A stretch of 64,000 nucleotides of DNA from an uncultured Gemmatimonadales bacterium (GCA_963716255.1 OY970303.1:8224001-8288000), one strand, 5' to 3'. Positions 19,906 through 30,916 are shown, numbered from the stretch's first letter. Program-made: numbers and translations. The notes: generated from the sequence alone by a model not told the origin.

Positions 19906-20676
19906 TCAGCGGTTGGCGGCGGTGCGCGCCGCGTTCACGTCGGCGAGGGTGATCCTCCGCGCGTCGCTCGGGGCGACGAAGGCGAAGGCCGCGTCATTGT
20001 AGGACGGGGCCAGGTTCCAGGTGTAGACGGAGGTGTGCTGCGGCCGCGCCTCGTCCGTCAGGGTGGTGAGGACCAGCTTGCGGGGCAGCGGGTAGTCGCC
20101 CTTCTGGATCCAGACCTGCCAGTCCAGCCCGTCCTGCCGGAACGCGTACTGCTCGCACGTGGTCCCGCCCACCTCGCTCGGCCCGATCACCCGCGCCGAG
20201 GTGATCTCGCGGGCGCGCGACTCCGGGGTGCCCCAGCGGAACAGGTCCGCCATGGGCAGCTCGATCGCGTAGCGGTCCTCCAGGACGGACGCGAGCTCGC
20301 CCAGGCTGGGGGGCGCGGGCGTGGCGGCGTAGTACTTCAGCCGGGGCGCGTACAGGGTGAAGGTGCGGCCGTCGTACAGCATGAGCCGCTGCTGGCGGTC
20401 GCTCGCCACGTTGACGCGGAGGCGGTTGGGCCGGTCCGCGACCAGGTCGGCCACGCTCGACAGCTGGACCTTCTGGCCGTCCTCGAGCACCTCCTCCGAG
20501 GTCACCTCGGCGCGCACCTGGAACGCGTCCAGGCGGTTCAGGTAGGCCCCCATCCGGCTCAGCGCGTTCATCGCCGCCGTGTCCATGACGGCCGACTGCG
20601 CGCGGGCCGGTTCGGCCGGGTGCGTCGAACCCATGGCGGCCACGGCCAGGACGACGATGATTGTCCTGCGTCTCAT
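19906..20676 (-). CDS. DUF2092-family periplasmic protein
   Basis: DGQKVQ, RPNRLR, YDGRTFTL, LPMADLF, DWQVWI..G..PLPRK. Confidence 0.85.
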   Translation of the reverse strand: MRRRTIIVVLAVAAMGSTHPAEPARAQSAVMDTAAMNALSRMGAYLNRLDAFQVRAEVTSEEVLEDGQKVQLSSVADLVADRPNRLRVNVASDRQQRLMLYDGRTFTLYAPRLKYYAATPAPPSLGELASVLEDRYAIELPMADLFRWGTPESRAREITSARVIGPSEVGGTTCEQYAFRQDGLDWQVWIQKGDYPLPRKLVLTTLTDEARPQHTSVYTWNLAPSYNDAAFAFVAPSDARRITLADVNAARTAANR

Positions 20677-20778
20677 TTCTCTCCTCCCCTCCCCGGGTGA
20701 ACGACGGCCAGGCTCCCTGTCCTGTGTGTCCGCCGCATGTGCGGTCACCTGCAAGGTACGCGGAGCGCTCCGGGCCTT

Positions 20779-20793
20779 TCTTGCACGTTCTTG
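20779..20793 (-). promoter_or_regulatory. Island regulon box CAAGAACGTGCAAGA
   Basis: TACCTT 20 nt downstream. Confidence 0.75.
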
Positions 20794-20887
20794 CCGGCTC
20801 CGCACCCTCGTGCGTGCTTCCCCGGGCCGCGCGCGGCGAACAGGGGAACCGCGGCAGGCACAGGGACGCCTGCCCGCACCCCCGGCG

Positions 20888-22216
20888 TCATACCCTCCTC
20901 ACGGCCGGCAGCCGGTACGAACCGTCCAGTACCGACGGCAGCGGGCCATAGAAGCGCATGGTGAGGCTGAAGGGTCCGGCCGGCGCGGGGAGCCAGGTCG
21001 AGGGATCGGCCGGCGGATCGTGCTGCAGGTACAGCGTGAGCGAGCCGTCGGGATTGTACTTCACGCCGTCGGTCGTGCTGCCGACGCTGTACCGGCCGAA
21101 GCCGTTCTCCACGAAGAGCATGTCGCCGTCGTACATCGCGAGGTTCCAGAAAACGGAAACGGGTGGAAGCTCGTCGAAGTGGAGAACGTAGTCGTGCCTG
21201 CCGTCGAGCGGCTCGCCGTTGTCGTCCACGCCGCAGTCGGGACAGATCACCTGGTCGGAGAGCTGGGCGCCGGCGACGTACCTGGCGAGCGCGGCCCGAA
21301 GCGCCAGGTCGTGTCCGGCCCGCCGGCCGGCGGGCGTGTAGCGCCAGCCGTTGGTCGTCTCGCCCGCCGCACACCACGTCGCGTCGACGATCCGCTCCGC
21401 GGCCCCGGCCGCCCGGGCGAGACCTCGCGTGGTCGCCTCGTCGAGGGAGCGCCAGTCGAATCCCCGGGCGACGCTCAGCCCGATCCGGCGGAAGGAAGCC
21501 ACCAGCGCGTCGGCGTCGGCCGACGTCGCCAGGAATCGCTGCATCCAGTACCCCAGCGCCTCGAAGTAGCGGAGCTCCGCCGGCGCATCCTGCGTGGCCG
21601 GCTCCATGTGCGCCCGTCCGACCGGCGCGTAGGCCAGCCCATCCCGGAGATAGGCCGAGAGCGGCATCATCCGGAATCCCCTCTGCGCCGAAACGGCGCC
21701 GGGAAGGTCCGCATCCCCTTGGACGAAGATCCGCACCGCGGCCACGCCCATCCGGGTGCGGGCCGCGAGGCGCGTCATCCCGCCGGGGACCGGACCGTCG
21801 TAGTCCGGCGCGGTGATGACGTATACGCCCGGCTGCGAGCCCTTCGTCCCGCCGACGTCGTGGACGACCTCGTCGAAGAAGTCGCCGATCTGGACCAGGT
21901 ACCAGCGCTCGACGGCCAGCTTCGGGATGAAGACGACCACCGGTTCCCTGCAGGCGTTCCAGACCGCGTACGCGTCCACCGTCACGTCGTTGGGGCTGGC
22001 GACGAACCGGTCGATCGCCGTCCGGAGCGTGGTGAGCCTGCGGAAGTCGTTCACGGCGACGCCGCCGCCGTTCAGGGATTGCGGAGTGGCGCGCCCGTAT
22101 TCGTAGAGGGGAAGCCCCCAGAGGTACGCCTGCACGCCCGCCGCGTAGGCGGTCTCTTCCCGCGCCTGCTCGGCGGACATCGGCGGCGGTGCGGCGGTCG
22201 CTGAGGGGTGCGTCAT
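20888..22216 (-). CDS. DUF1254/DUF1214-domain protein
   Basis: AYLWGLPL, PPVSVFWNLAMYD, NPDGSLTLYLQ, WLPAP.GPF.LTMRFYGP. Confidence 0.88.
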   Translation of the reverse strand: MTHPSATAAPPPMSAEQAREETAYAAGVQAYLWGLPLYEYGRATPQSLNGGGVAVNDFRRLTTLRTAIDRFVASPNDVTVDAYAVWNACREPVVVFIPKLAVERWYLVQIGDFFDEVVHDVGGTKGSQPGVYVITAPDYDGPVPGGMTRLAARTRMGVAAVRIFVQGDADLPGAVSAQRGFRMMPLSAYLRDGLAYAPVGRAHMEPATQDAPAELRYFEALGYWMQRFLATSADADALVASFRRIGLSVARGFDWRSLDEATTRGLARAAGAAERIVDATWCAAGETTNGWRYTPAGRRAGHDLALRAALARYVAGAQLSDQVICPDCGVDDNGEPLDGRHDYVLHFDELPPVSVFWNLAMYDGDMLFVENGFGRYSVGSTTDGVKYNPDGSLTLYLQHDPPADPSTWLPAPAGPFSLTMRFYGPLPSVLDGSYRLPAVRRV

Positions 22217-22283
22217 GGGTCCTTGGGGTCGGTGAGGAGGTCGAACACCCTGGGCGTGCCGAGCCTGGCGGGCGGGGCGCCGC

Positions 22284-23513
22284 TCACAGGAAGAGCTTTG
22301 CGAGCCGCGCGAGCAGCTCGTCCACCGGTATGGTGAGCAGGACCACCGGCACGAACGGGATCACGGTCGCGACCACGAGGGGAGCCAGGTCCCTGAGCCC
22401 CACCGGCGCCAGGCTCATCTGGCGCACGTTGGCGGCGATGGAATACAGGTCCGTCACGGCCGAGAAATCGGGCTCCTGGAGCGCTTCGGGCCGGAGCGGC
22501 TTGCCGGAGCGGAGCCATCGGTCCTCGAAGCAGCGGCCGAGCGCGCCGGCGAGCGCCCCGTACTCCATGGTCCCGTGCAGACGGGCGCGCCGCAGCGGGC
22601 CGGCGAAGGCGAACAGGGGCCCGACGAACGCGCACAGGACGGCCACGAGGGCGGCGGCCACGGCGCCCAAGTGATCGAGCGCCCAGAGCGTTCGAGTGCC
22701 CCGGAGGACGCCCTCGGCCAGCGTCCCGGCCGCCACGGTGCCCAGGGCGAGCCCCACGGGGGCAAAGGCGCCCAGCGAGCCGGCGACGAAGCGCAGCCCC
22801 GCGGCCAGGTCCGGGTGCGCCGGAACGAGCCGCAGCCGGAGCCGCGACACGCCCCACAGGAAGCGCCACCACACCGCCACGCGCCACAGCCACGCCGCCA
22901 GCAGGAGCAGGAAGAGGGGATGGCTGACCAGGGTTCGCCACCAGCCGGCCAGGGAGAGCGCCGCCGGCGTGCCCTCCACCCCCGGCGCCACCCAGCTGGG
23001 AGTGCCGAGCGGGTAGAGGAAGCCGCTCGTCACCACGGTGGCGGCGTACACGGCCACGGCGAGCACGACCTCCATGCCGCGGTGGTCCAGCCGCCGGCGG
23101 GCGGATGCGACCAGCGCGTCCAGGCGTGCCCGGTCGTCGCCCGCCACCAGGCCGCTCCGGACGAAGTGGCGCGCGATCAGCGCCAGCCGCGGCAGGCACC
23201 ACGGCTCGGCGGCCACGAAGGCGGGGATTGCGACGAGGTAGCGCACGTGCGCCGGGACGTCGAGAAGGAACGACTCGCGCGGGCCGGGGCCCAGGGCGAG
23301 CCCCTGCGCGGCGGAGAGCAGAAGGAGAGGCACCCACGCCACGGCCGCGGCCGCGAGCGCGCGCCGCCACCCGGCCTCTCGGGCGGCGGGCGACGGAAGC
23401 CGCAGCGCCGCCTGGAGCCGCGCGTAGGGGCCCGCGTCGAACGGATCGGCGTGGGAGGGCCCCGGTGGGTGCAGCGGGGTGCCGTCGCCCGCCGGGGCCG
23501 GCGGGGTCGTCAT
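22284..23513 (-). CDS. Hypothetical polytopic membrane protein
   Basis: Multiple TM helices, HPDLAAGLRF, PDFSAVTDL; coupled to the patatin stop. Confidence 0.75.
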   Translation of the reverse strand: MTTPPAPAGDGTPLHPPGPSHADPFDAGPYARLQAALRLPSPAAREAGWRRALAAAAVAWVPLLLLSAAQGLALGPGPRESFLLDVPAHVRYLVAIPAFVAAEPWCLPRLALIARHFVRSGLVAGDDRARLDALVASARRRLDHRGMEVVLAVAVYAATVVTSGFLYPLGTPSWVAPGVEGTPAALSLAGWWRTLVSHPLFLLLLAAWLWRVAVWWRFLWGVSRLRLRLVPAHPDLAAGLRFVAGSLGAFAPVGLALGTVAAGTLAEGVLRGTRTLWALDHLGAVAAALVAVLCAFVGPLFAFAGPLRRARLHGTMEYGALAGALGRCFEDRWLRSGKPLRPEALQEPDFSAVTDLYSIAANVRQMSLAPVGLRDLAPLVVATVIPFVPVVLLTIPVDELLARLAKLFL

Positions 23514-25714
23514 GGGAAGAGCCGTCCGACGCCCACGTAGAAGCCGCGCGCGGACGGACCGAGGCTGTAGCCGGCCCAGACGGGGCCGACCAGCGTCTCG
23601 GCGATGAGGCCGGCCGCGACCTGGACTTCGAGCTCGACCCGCGAGGCGACATCGAACGCGGAGCCGGCCTCCAGCCACCCGCCGGCCAGGACCGGGCCGC
23701 CCAGGAAGTCCGGGAGGCGGGTGACCGCGCGCAGGTGGCCGGCCGTCAGCGCGGCGTAGTGGTCGCCCCGGCGCTCGCCGGGCGCGAAGGCGTCGAGCCG
23801 CAGGGGGAGCCCGAGCGCGAACTGGTCGGTGGGGAGCGGATCGCCGCCGAACGACGTGCCGGCGCCCGCCACCACGAACACCCTCTGCTCCCCGTGCCGC
23901 CACGACCGGAAGCCGGAGCCCGCCAGCTCCGCCTGGACCAGGCCGGCGGCGGAGCGGTCCGCGCCCGGGACGTCCGGCTCGGGCGCGGCCAGCACCCGGC
24001 GCACCGTCCCCACGACGCGCATCCCTTCCGATGGGACCACGGCGCTGTTCTGCGTGTCGTGGACTCCGTGGAGGCGAAGCTCCGCCGCGGGGCCCGACAG
24101 CTCCGGCAGCCCGGGATCGCCGACCCGGACGCGGCCGTCGAGGTAGCCGCCCCGCAGCCCGAGCCGCACCTCCGCGCTGTGGCCCGCCTCCAGCCCCACG
24201 TCCAGCTGCGCGAAGGCGCGCGTCTCCTGGTACTGCGCCACCGCGTCGTCCGACCGGAACAGCTCCACGCGGTTCCGCTGCGCCGCCGCGGAGACCGCCA
24301 CGAAGAACGGCGTCCCCCCCACACCGCGGCGCAGCTCGGCCGCGGCGCTGTGGTCCGTGCCCAGCCCCAGGTCCACCCGGAGCTGCGCCCCCCGCGCGAG
24401 CACGTCGTAGTCCACGTACCGCGCCGCCAGCTGGAAGGTGGATCCGCCCGACGCCCGGTTGCGGAGGTTGACGGACGTGAGCAGCAAGGGCGGCGCGGTG
24501 ACGAGCGGGTGGGCCACGATCACCAGGGCGCTCCCGCCTGCCATGGGGGCGACTTCCCAGCCGAACGCCGTGTAGCGGTCCAGGCCCCCGAGCCGCGTGA
24601 TGTCCCCCTCCAGGCGGGGGACGTCCAGCGGCCGGCCGACGTGCGCCCGCAGGCGGCGGCGGATGGCGCGCTCGTCGGCGGGCACGGCGCCCCGCACCTC
24701 CAGGCGGGTGACCACCGGCGCGCCGGTCCGCCGCTTCGCGGCCCGGCCGGCCAGGTATCGCCGCCACGCCGCCTCATCCACGGCGTACGGCAGCAGCTCC
24801 GCCTTCCGGGCCTCGGCTGCGCGGTACCCGTCCTCCACCAGCGCCCGCGAGCGCCGCCAGTCCAGCGCGCCGAACCCATCCACGGCGGCGCTCACGACGA
24901 TGTCGGCGGACGCCTCGGCGCGGCGGGTGTTCGCGCGCATCATCGCGTCCACCGTGCGGTCGCCGACGGCGAACATCCCGTACCGGGCGACGGTCGTGTC
25001 GGCGGCAGGGCCCACCCTCACTGCGATCACCACGTCCGCGCCCATCGCCCGCACCACGTCGGCAGGCAGGTTATTCATCGCCCCGCCGTCCACGAGCAGC
25101 CGGTCGCCCAGGCGCACGGGCGGGAAGACCCCGGGCAGCGACATGGTCGCCCGCAGCGCGGTGGGGAGCGAGCCGTCCGCCAGCACGACCGGCGAGCCGC
25201 TCCGCAGGTCGACCGCCACGCACCGGAACGGCGTCGGCAGTGCGTCGAAGCTCGGCAGCCCCGTGTAGAGCCCGGCGATCCGCTCGAGGAAGAGATCCAC
25301 CTGCTGTCCGCGGTTGAGCGACGGCGGCAGCGCGACGCCGCCGCGCAGGTGCAGCTCGAGCCGCGACGGGTAGGCGCGCGCGTCCTCCTTCCGCGGGATG
25401 GCCATGTAGCGGTAGGTGGAGCTGCCGAACATCTCGTTCCAGTCCGTCCGCCGCAGCAGCGAGTCCAGTTCGGCGGAGGGCATGCCGGCGGCGTACGCGC
25501 CGCCCACCAGGCCGCCCATGCTCGTGCCGGCGATCCGGTCGATGGGCACGCGATGCTCCTCGAACCAGCGGATCACTCCCACGTGCGCGAGCCCCCGCGC
25601 GCTGCCACCGCCCAGCGCGAGGCCGACGACGGGCCGGGTCGGCGCCGGCTGCTGCGCCGGCGCCGGCGGCGCGGCGCAGGCCAGGGCGAGCGCCGCGAGC
25701 AGCGGTCTCCACAT
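23510..25714 (-). CDS. Patatin-like phospholipase with POTRA/beta-barrel (PlpD-like)
   Basis: GGGSARG, GTSMG, DGG motifs; signal peptide; C-terminal YVGVGRLF. Confidence 0.9.
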   Translation of the reverse strand: MWRPLLAALALACAAPPAPAQQPAPTRPVVGLALGGGSARGLAHVGVIRWFEEHRVPIDRIAGTSMGGLVGGAYAAGMPSAELDSLLRRTDWNEMFGSSTYRYMAIPRKEDARAYPSRLELHLRGGVALPPSLNRGQQVDLFLERIAGLYTGLPSFDALPTPFRCVAVDLRSGSPVVLADGSLPTALRATMSLPGVFPPVRLGDRLLVDGGAMNNLPADVVRAMGADVVIAVRVGPAADTTVARYGMFAVGDRTVDAMMRANTRRAEASADIVVSAAVDGFGALDWRRSRALVEDGYRAAEARKAELLPYAVDEAAWRRYLAGRAAKRRTGAPVVTRLEVRGAVPADERAIRRRLRAHVGRPLDVPRLEGDITRLGGLDRYTAFGWEVAPMAGGSALVIVAHPLVTAPPLLLTSVNLRNRASGGSTFQLAARYVDYDVLARGAQLRVDLGLGTDHSAAAELRRGVGGTPFFVAVSAAAQRNRVELFRSDDAVAQYQETRAFAQLDVGLEAGHSAEVRLGLRGGYLDGRVRVGDPGLPELSGPAAELRLHGVHDTQNSAVVPSEGMRVVGTVRRVLAAPEPDVPGADRSAAGLVQAELAGSGFRSWRHGEQRVFVVAGAGTSFGGDPLPTDQFALGLPLRLDAFAPGERRGDHYAALTAGHLRAVTRLPDFLGGPVLAGGWLEAGSAFDVASRVELEVQVAAGLIAETLVGPVWAGYSLGPSARGFYVGVGRLFP

Positions 25715-25778
25715 CGGGTTCCTCCTCGGCGACGGCCTGGGCCGGCGGGAGCCGCGTCCCGCCGACCCGCCAAGCCGT

Positions 25779-28226
25779 CTACTGGATGGCCATGGCGACG
25801 GCGAGACGCTCCTCGGCGCCGATGAAGTGGTCCACGTCCTCCGCGGAGGCGTCGACGTCGATCTCCACCCAGTTCACCTCGCCGTTGAACTTCCGCGTCC
25901 CGTAGTCGCGGGTCACCGGCGAGCCGGTCTCGTAGCCGATGTCCAGCGTTTCGTCCGCCGAGAAGACCAGCGGCTCCGTCTGCTCCACGCGGCCCGTGCC
26001 GGCCGGCTTGCCGTCCACGTACAGCGCCACGTCGCCGCCCTTGCCGATCCCGCCGCCGTCGTAGGCGAACTCCAGCCGCACCTGGTGCGTTCCGGCGGGA
26101 ATCCTCTCGCCTCCTTCGGCGAAGTACTCTTCCAGGCCATAGAAGTTGTAGCAGTACTTCGGCTTGCCATTTTTCGTGTACAGGCTCCAACCGCCGATGC
26201 TTCCCCCCACGGCGACGATCACGCCCTCGGCGCCGTCGTCCGGCACCACCACCTCCGCCGTGACCGCGTAACTCCTGTTCTTGTAGTTGACGATGGAGTT
26301 CTCGGTCAGCCGCCCCATGCCCCCGAACAGCAGCTGGCGGTTCCCGGTCACCAGCTTGGGCCGCCCGGCCGCGTCGGGATCGGCGCGCTCGGCCATCCGG
26401 TCGTCGATCGGGAGGACGTTGTACTTCACGGCCTCGATGAGCCACAGCCGCTGGAGCTCGGCCAGCTTGCCGGGCTGCTCCTTCGCCAGGTCGTGGGCCT
26501 GGCTCCAGTCCGTGTTCGTGTCGTACAGCTCCCACGCGTCGTCGTCGAAGGCCGGCAGCTCCACCTTCCCCGTCTCCCACGGCGTCCGGTGCCGCGTCAC
26601 GGCCGTCCATCCCCGGTGGTAGATGCCGCGGTTGCCCATCATCTCGAAGTACTGAGTCCGGTGCCGCTCCTCGGCGTCCGCCTCGTCGAACGCGTACGCC
26701 ATCGAGACGCCCTCCATCGGCTTCTGCATGACCCCGGCGACGAAGGTCGGCTCCGGCAGCCCCGCCACCTCCAGCACCGTGGGCGCCACGTCGATGACGT
26801 GGAAGAACTGGCTGCGGATCTCACCCTTCGCCCGGACTCCCCGGGGCCAGTGCACGATGGTGCCGTTGCGCGTGCCGCCGAAGTGCGAGGCGACCTGCTT
26901 GGTCCACTGGTAGGGCGTGTCCATGGCGTGGGCCCAGCCCACCGCGTAGTGGTTGTAGGACTCCGGGCCGCCGAACCGGTCCAGGCGCTCGTTCAGGTAT
27001 TCCGGGGTCTCCAGCGCGCCGTACCCGGTGATGCTCAGGACCTCGTTGAACGTACCCTGGAGCGAGCCCTCCGCCGACGCGCCGTTGTCGCCGACGATGA
27101 CGTAGATCAGCGTGTCGTCCAGCACGCCCAGGTCGGCGAGCGCGTCGACCAGCCGCCCGATCTGGTGGTCCGTGTGCGACAGGAAGCCGGCGTACACCTC
27201 CATCTGGCGCGCCAGCACGGGCTTCATCTCGGGCGAGATCTCGCTCCACGCCGGGATCTGCGGGTGGCGCGCGGTCAGTTCGCAGTCCTCGGGGATCACG
27301 CCGAGCGCCTTCTGCCGTGCGAACGTCTCCTCGCGCAACGCGTCCCATCCCATGTCGAACCGCCCCCGGTACTTCTCGATCCACTCCTTCGGCGCATGGT
27401 GCGGCGCGTGCGTGGCACCCGTGGCGAAGTAGACGAAGAAGGGCTTGTCCGGCATCAGCGACTTCTGCTGGTGGAGCCACTTGCTCGCCTTGTCGGCCAG
27501 GTCCTCGGTGAGGTGGTAGCCCTCCTCGGGCGTCTTCGGCGGCTCCACCGGCGTGGTGCCCTCGAAGAGGGCGGGATACCACTGGTTCGTCTCGCCCCCG
27601 ATGAAGCCGTAGAAGTACTCGAACCCGCCGCCGCCCGTGGGCCAGGCGTTGAACGGGCCGACGGGCGTCACCTCCCACACGGGCACCTCGTGGCACTTGC
27701 CGAACTGGGCGGTCGAGTACCCGTTGAGCTTCAGGATCTCGGCGAGCGGCGCCGCCGTGTTGGGGCGGATGGAACTGTTCCCCGGCGCGCTGGTGGCGTT
27801 CTCGGTGATGTTGCCCATCCCCACCGAGTGGTGGTTCCGGCCGCTGAGGAGCGCCGCCCGTGTGGGGGAGCAGAGTGCCGTGGTGTGGAAGCGGTTGAAG
27901 CGGATCCCGCTGCCCGCGAGCTTTTCCAGGTTGGGCGTCTCGCACGGCCCGCCGAACGCGCTGGACGAGCCGAACCCGGCGTCGTCGATCAGCACCACCA
28001 GCACGTTGGGCGCGCCCGTGGGGGGCCGCAGCGGCACGATCGGCGGGTACGTCGTGTCCGGGTCCTTGGCGTCGTAGGTGGTCAGCCCGGGCGGCACGAT
28101 GTCCGGGATGGGCAGGACCGAGCGCTGCAGCGCGTCGTTGGGGTTGCGCGGGCTCGTGGCGGAGGGGGTACCGGCGTCCTGCCCGTGCCTGTCGCCGTTG
28201 CCGGCTGCGGATCGCTTCGTGGCCAT
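25779..28226 (-). CDS. Arylsulfatase (Cys-type)
   Basis: PNVLVVLIDD, CSPTRAALLSGRNHH, GKCH, GDNG. Confidence 0.95.
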   Translation of the reverse strand: MATKRSAAGNGDRHGQDAGTPSATSPRNPNDALQRSVLPIPDIVPPGLTTYDAKDPDTTYPPIVPLRPPTGAPNVLVVLIDDAGFGSSSAFGGPCETPNLEKLAGSGIRFNRFHTTALCSPTRAALLSGRNHHSVGMGNITENATSAPGNSSIRPNTAAPLAEILKLNGYSTAQFGKCHEVPVWEVTPVGPFNAWPTGGGGFEYFYGFIGGETNQWYPALFEGTTPVEPPKTPEEGYHLTEDLADKASKWLHQQKSLMPDKPFFVYFATGATHAPHHAPKEWIEKYRGRFDMGWDALREETFARQKALGVIPEDCELTARHPQIPAWSEISPEMKPVLARQMEVYAGFLSHTDHQIGRLVDALADLGVLDDTLIYVIVGDNGASAEGSLQGTFNEVLSITGYGALETPEYLNERLDRFGGPESYNHYAVGWAHAMDTPYQWTKQVASHFGGTRNGTIVHWPRGVRAKGEIRSQFFHVIDVAPTVLEVAGLPEPTFVAGVMQKPMEGVSMAYAFDEADAEERHRTQYFEMMGNRGIYHRGWTAVTRHRTPWETGKVELPAFDDDAWELYDTNTDWSQAHDLAKEQPGKLAELQRLWLIEAVKYNVLPIDDRMAERADPDAAGRPKLVTGNRQLLFGGMGRLTENSIVNYKNRSYAVTAEVVVPDDGAEGVIVAVGGSIGGWSLYTKNGKPKYCYNFYGLEEYFAEGGERIPAGTHQVRLEFAYDGGGIGKGGDVALYVDGKPAGTGRVEQTEPLVFSADETLDIGYETGSPVTRDYGTRKFNGEVNWVEIDVDASAEDVDHFIGAEERLAVAMAIQ

Positions 28227-28362
28227 GATCCTCTCCTGGGATGGCGTCTTGGCGGATGCCCGTCGTTCGGGCGGGAGTTCTGGACGGACCTGGGAGGCGA
28301 GAGGTGCACCCGGCGCGGGCGGCGCGGCCCGGGGGAGCGCCGCAGCGCGCCAGGCCCTCCGC

Positions 28363-30687
28363 TCAGTCGCGCGCCATGACGGCCGCGACTTGACGTTCCA
28401 CGTCCACGTAGACGTCGTCGGCGACGTCGTAGACGACCTTGATGATCCTGCCGCCCGAGAACGGGAACTTCCCCTTGTACTCGGCGCTCACCGCGTCGCC
28501 GCTGTCGTAGCCGATGCAGAGCCCCTCGCCGCAGAGCGCGTAGTGGCCCGTCTGGGTGCGGAACGCACCGCTGCCGGCCGCCCGGTCGTCGACGTGGAGC
28601 GTCAGCGTCCCGAGCGTTTCCAGGTTCTCGCTGACCGAATCCTTGTTGAACTCCACGCCGACCACGTGCGTGCCGAGCTTGGGCGCGTCGCAGACCACGC
28701 GCTGCTCCGGCGGGATGCCGAGGAAGTTGTAGACGAACACCAGCTTCCCGCCCTTCACGAACAGCGCGTAGCCGCCGAAGCGCGAGCCCTGCGCGCAGAT
28801 GATCCCCTGCGTGTCGCCGGTGAACTCCACCTCGGCGAGGATCTTGAACGACACGCCGAGCGTCCGCGCCGCCACCGCCTCGGAGATCTCCGTCGTGCCC
28901 GGATAGTAGACGTACCGCCCATCGGCTGGCGGCTCGGCGTGGAACTCCAGCTTGTGGAGCGCGTCCACTCCGAGGTCCACCAGCGGGAGCACGTTGTTCT
29001 TCCGCGCCTCGGCCAGCCACAGGTCGGCGAGCTCGCGGACCTTGTCCGGGTGCCGCTCGGCGAGGTCGTCGGCCTCCGCGCGGTCCACGTCGACGTGGAA
29101 GAGCTGCCACCGGTCCTGGTCGAACTTGCCCTGGTCGGCCGGCGCCGGGGCGTGCAGCGTCGACGCCTTCCATCCCCTGTGCCAGATGCCGCGCGTGCCG
29201 ACCATCTCGTAGTACTGCGTCTCCTTGGCCGTGGGCGCGTCGGCCGCGTCGAACGAGTAGCGCATCGACACGCCGGCGAGCGGCGACTGCTCATGCCCCT
29301 CGACCGTCGTGGGCATCTCGACGCCGCAGCACTCGAGGATGGTCGGGACGATGTCGGTGCAGTGATGGTACTGGTGCCGGACCTCTCCGCGCGCCTTGAT
29401 CCCCTGAGGCCAGTGGATCACCAGCGGATCGCAGGTGCCCCCGGCGTACGACGCGTAGCGCTTGAACATCTTGTACGGCGTCGAGAAGGCGACGGCCCAG
29501 CCGGTCGGGTAGTGGTTGTACGTGTCGGGCGAGCCGAGCCGGTCGATCATCGCCATGTTCGAGGCGACGTCGTCCGGGTAGCCGTTGAAGAAGCGGTTCT
29601 CGTTGACCGAGCCGCTCGGGCTGCCCTCGCCGGACGCGCCGTTGTCGGCGCAGTAGAGGATCAGGGTGTTGTCCAGCTGCCCCGACTCCTCCAGGTAGTC
29701 GACGATGCGGCCGATCTGCGCGTCGGTGTACTCGGAGAAGGCGGCGTACACCTCCGCCATCCGGGCGAACAGTCGCTTCTCGTCCGCCGACAGCGTGTCC
29801 CACGGGCGGACGCTGTCGGCCTCGGGGAGGATGCCGTCGGGCAGCGGATTGATGGGCGTGAGCTGCGTGTCCTCCGGGAGGATGCCGCGGGCGATCATCC
29901 GCTCGAGCACCCACCCGCGGTACGCCTCGTAGCCGTCGTCGAACTTGCCCTTGTACCTGTCGATGTAGTCCTGCGGCGCGTGGTGCGGCGCGTGGTTCGC
30001 ACCGGGGCAGAACCACAGGTACCACGGCTTGTCGGGACGCGACTGCTTGCCGTCGCGGATGAAGGTGATCGCCTTGTCGGCGATGTCCCTGGAGAAGTGG
30101 TAGCCGTCTTCTGGCTGGGAGGGCTGATCGACGAAGTGGTTGTCCTCGATCAGCTCGGGATACCACTGGTTCGTCTCGCCGCCGATGAAGCCGTAGAAGC
30201 GGTCGAAGCCGAGCCCGAGCGGCCAGCGCTTCTTGGAGCCGCCCATGTCGAAGGCATCCACCGGCACGTTGTGGTTCTTGCCCACCCAGTAGGTGCTCCA
30301 GCCGGCCTCGCGCAGCACCTGCGCGATGGTGCCGTTCTCGGGCGGGATGTGCCCGGCGTACCCGGAGAAGCCGACCGCCATCTCGGCGATCGAGCCGAAG
30401 CCGTTCTGGTGGTGGTTGCGCCCGGTCAGGAAGCACGAGCGCGTCGGCGAGCACACGGCCGTCGTGTGCCACTGCGAGTAGGTCAGCCCGCCCTTTGCCA
30501 GCCGGTCCAGCGTGGGCATCTCGATGCGTCCACCGTAGGGCGACCAGGCGGCGCATCCCGTGTCGTCGAAGAGGATGACGAGCACGTTGGGCGCGCCCAC
30601 CGGTGCCCTGGTGTCGAGGAACGCGTCCCAGTCGGGCCTGGAGTCGCGGATGTCGAGCTCGACGACACCCCTGAACGGCTTTGCCAT
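28363..30687 (-). CDS. Arylsulfatase (Cys-type)
   Basis: PNVLVILFDD, CSPTRSCFLTGRNHH, GKNH, ADNG. Confidence 0.95.
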   Translation of the reverse strand: MAKPFRGVVELDIRDSRPDWDAFLDTRAPVGAPNVLVILFDDTGCAAWSPYGGRIEMPTLDRLAKGGLTYSQWHTTAVCSPTRSCFLTGRNHHQNGFGSIAEMAVGFSGYAGHIPPENGTIAQVLREAGWSTYWVGKNHNVPVDAFDMGGSKKRWPLGLGFDRFYGFIGGETNQWYPELIEDNHFVDQPSQPEDGYHFSRDIADKAITFIRDGKQSRPDKPWYLWFCPGANHAPHHAPQDYIDRYKGKFDDGYEAYRGWVLERMIARGILPEDTQLTPINPLPDGILPEADSVRPWDTLSADEKRLFARMAEVYAAFSEYTDAQIGRIVDYLEESGQLDNTLILYCADNGASGEGSPSGSVNENRFFNGYPDDVASNMAMIDRLGSPDTYNHYPTGWAVAFSTPYKMFKRYASYAGGTCDPLVIHWPQGIKARGEVRHQYHHCTDIVPTILECCGVEMPTTVEGHEQSPLAGVSMRYSFDAADAPTAKETQYYEMVGTRGIWHRGWKASTLHAPAPADQGKFDQDRWQLFHVDVDRAEADDLAERHPDKVRELADLWLAEARKNNVLPLVDLGVDALHKLEFHAEPPADGRYVYYPGTTEISEAVAARTLGVSFKILAEVEFTGDTQGIICAQGSRFGGYALFVKGGKLVFVYNFLGIPPEQRVVCDAPKLGTHVVGVEFNKDSVSENLETLGTLTLHVDDRAAGSGAFRTQTGHYALCGEGLCIGYDSGDAVSAEYKGKFPFSGGRIIKVVYDVADDVYVDVERQVAAVMARD

Positions 30688-30788
30688 CGTACGCCTTCCT
30701 TGCAGCAATGAGGGGGGATCCGCCGCGGGCGGGCCGGCGGAACCGTGTCCGGCGGCACGCGCAGTATGCTGCCCGGCCGGGGTCGGGG

Positions 30789-30803
30789 TCTTGGACGGAA
30801 TTG
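30789..30803 (-). promoter_or_regulatory. Island regulon box CAATTCCGTCCAAGA
   Basis: CATACT 20 nt downstream. Confidence 0.75.
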
Positions 30804-30916
30804 CCGCGCGGGTGGGGCCGGCGCCGCACGGAAAGGGGGAAGCCCGCCCCGGACGTGTCCCGGGCGGGCTCCCGGCCCGCGCCATCCCCAGCTCCCGCGC
30901 GGGACGTACGGGCGGT

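Noticed and set aside
28278..28292. Possible regulon box CAGGTCCGTCCAGAA before the sulfatase at 28226
   Set aside because: Weak match and no nAnnnT hexamer at the 19-20 nt spacing; not counted.
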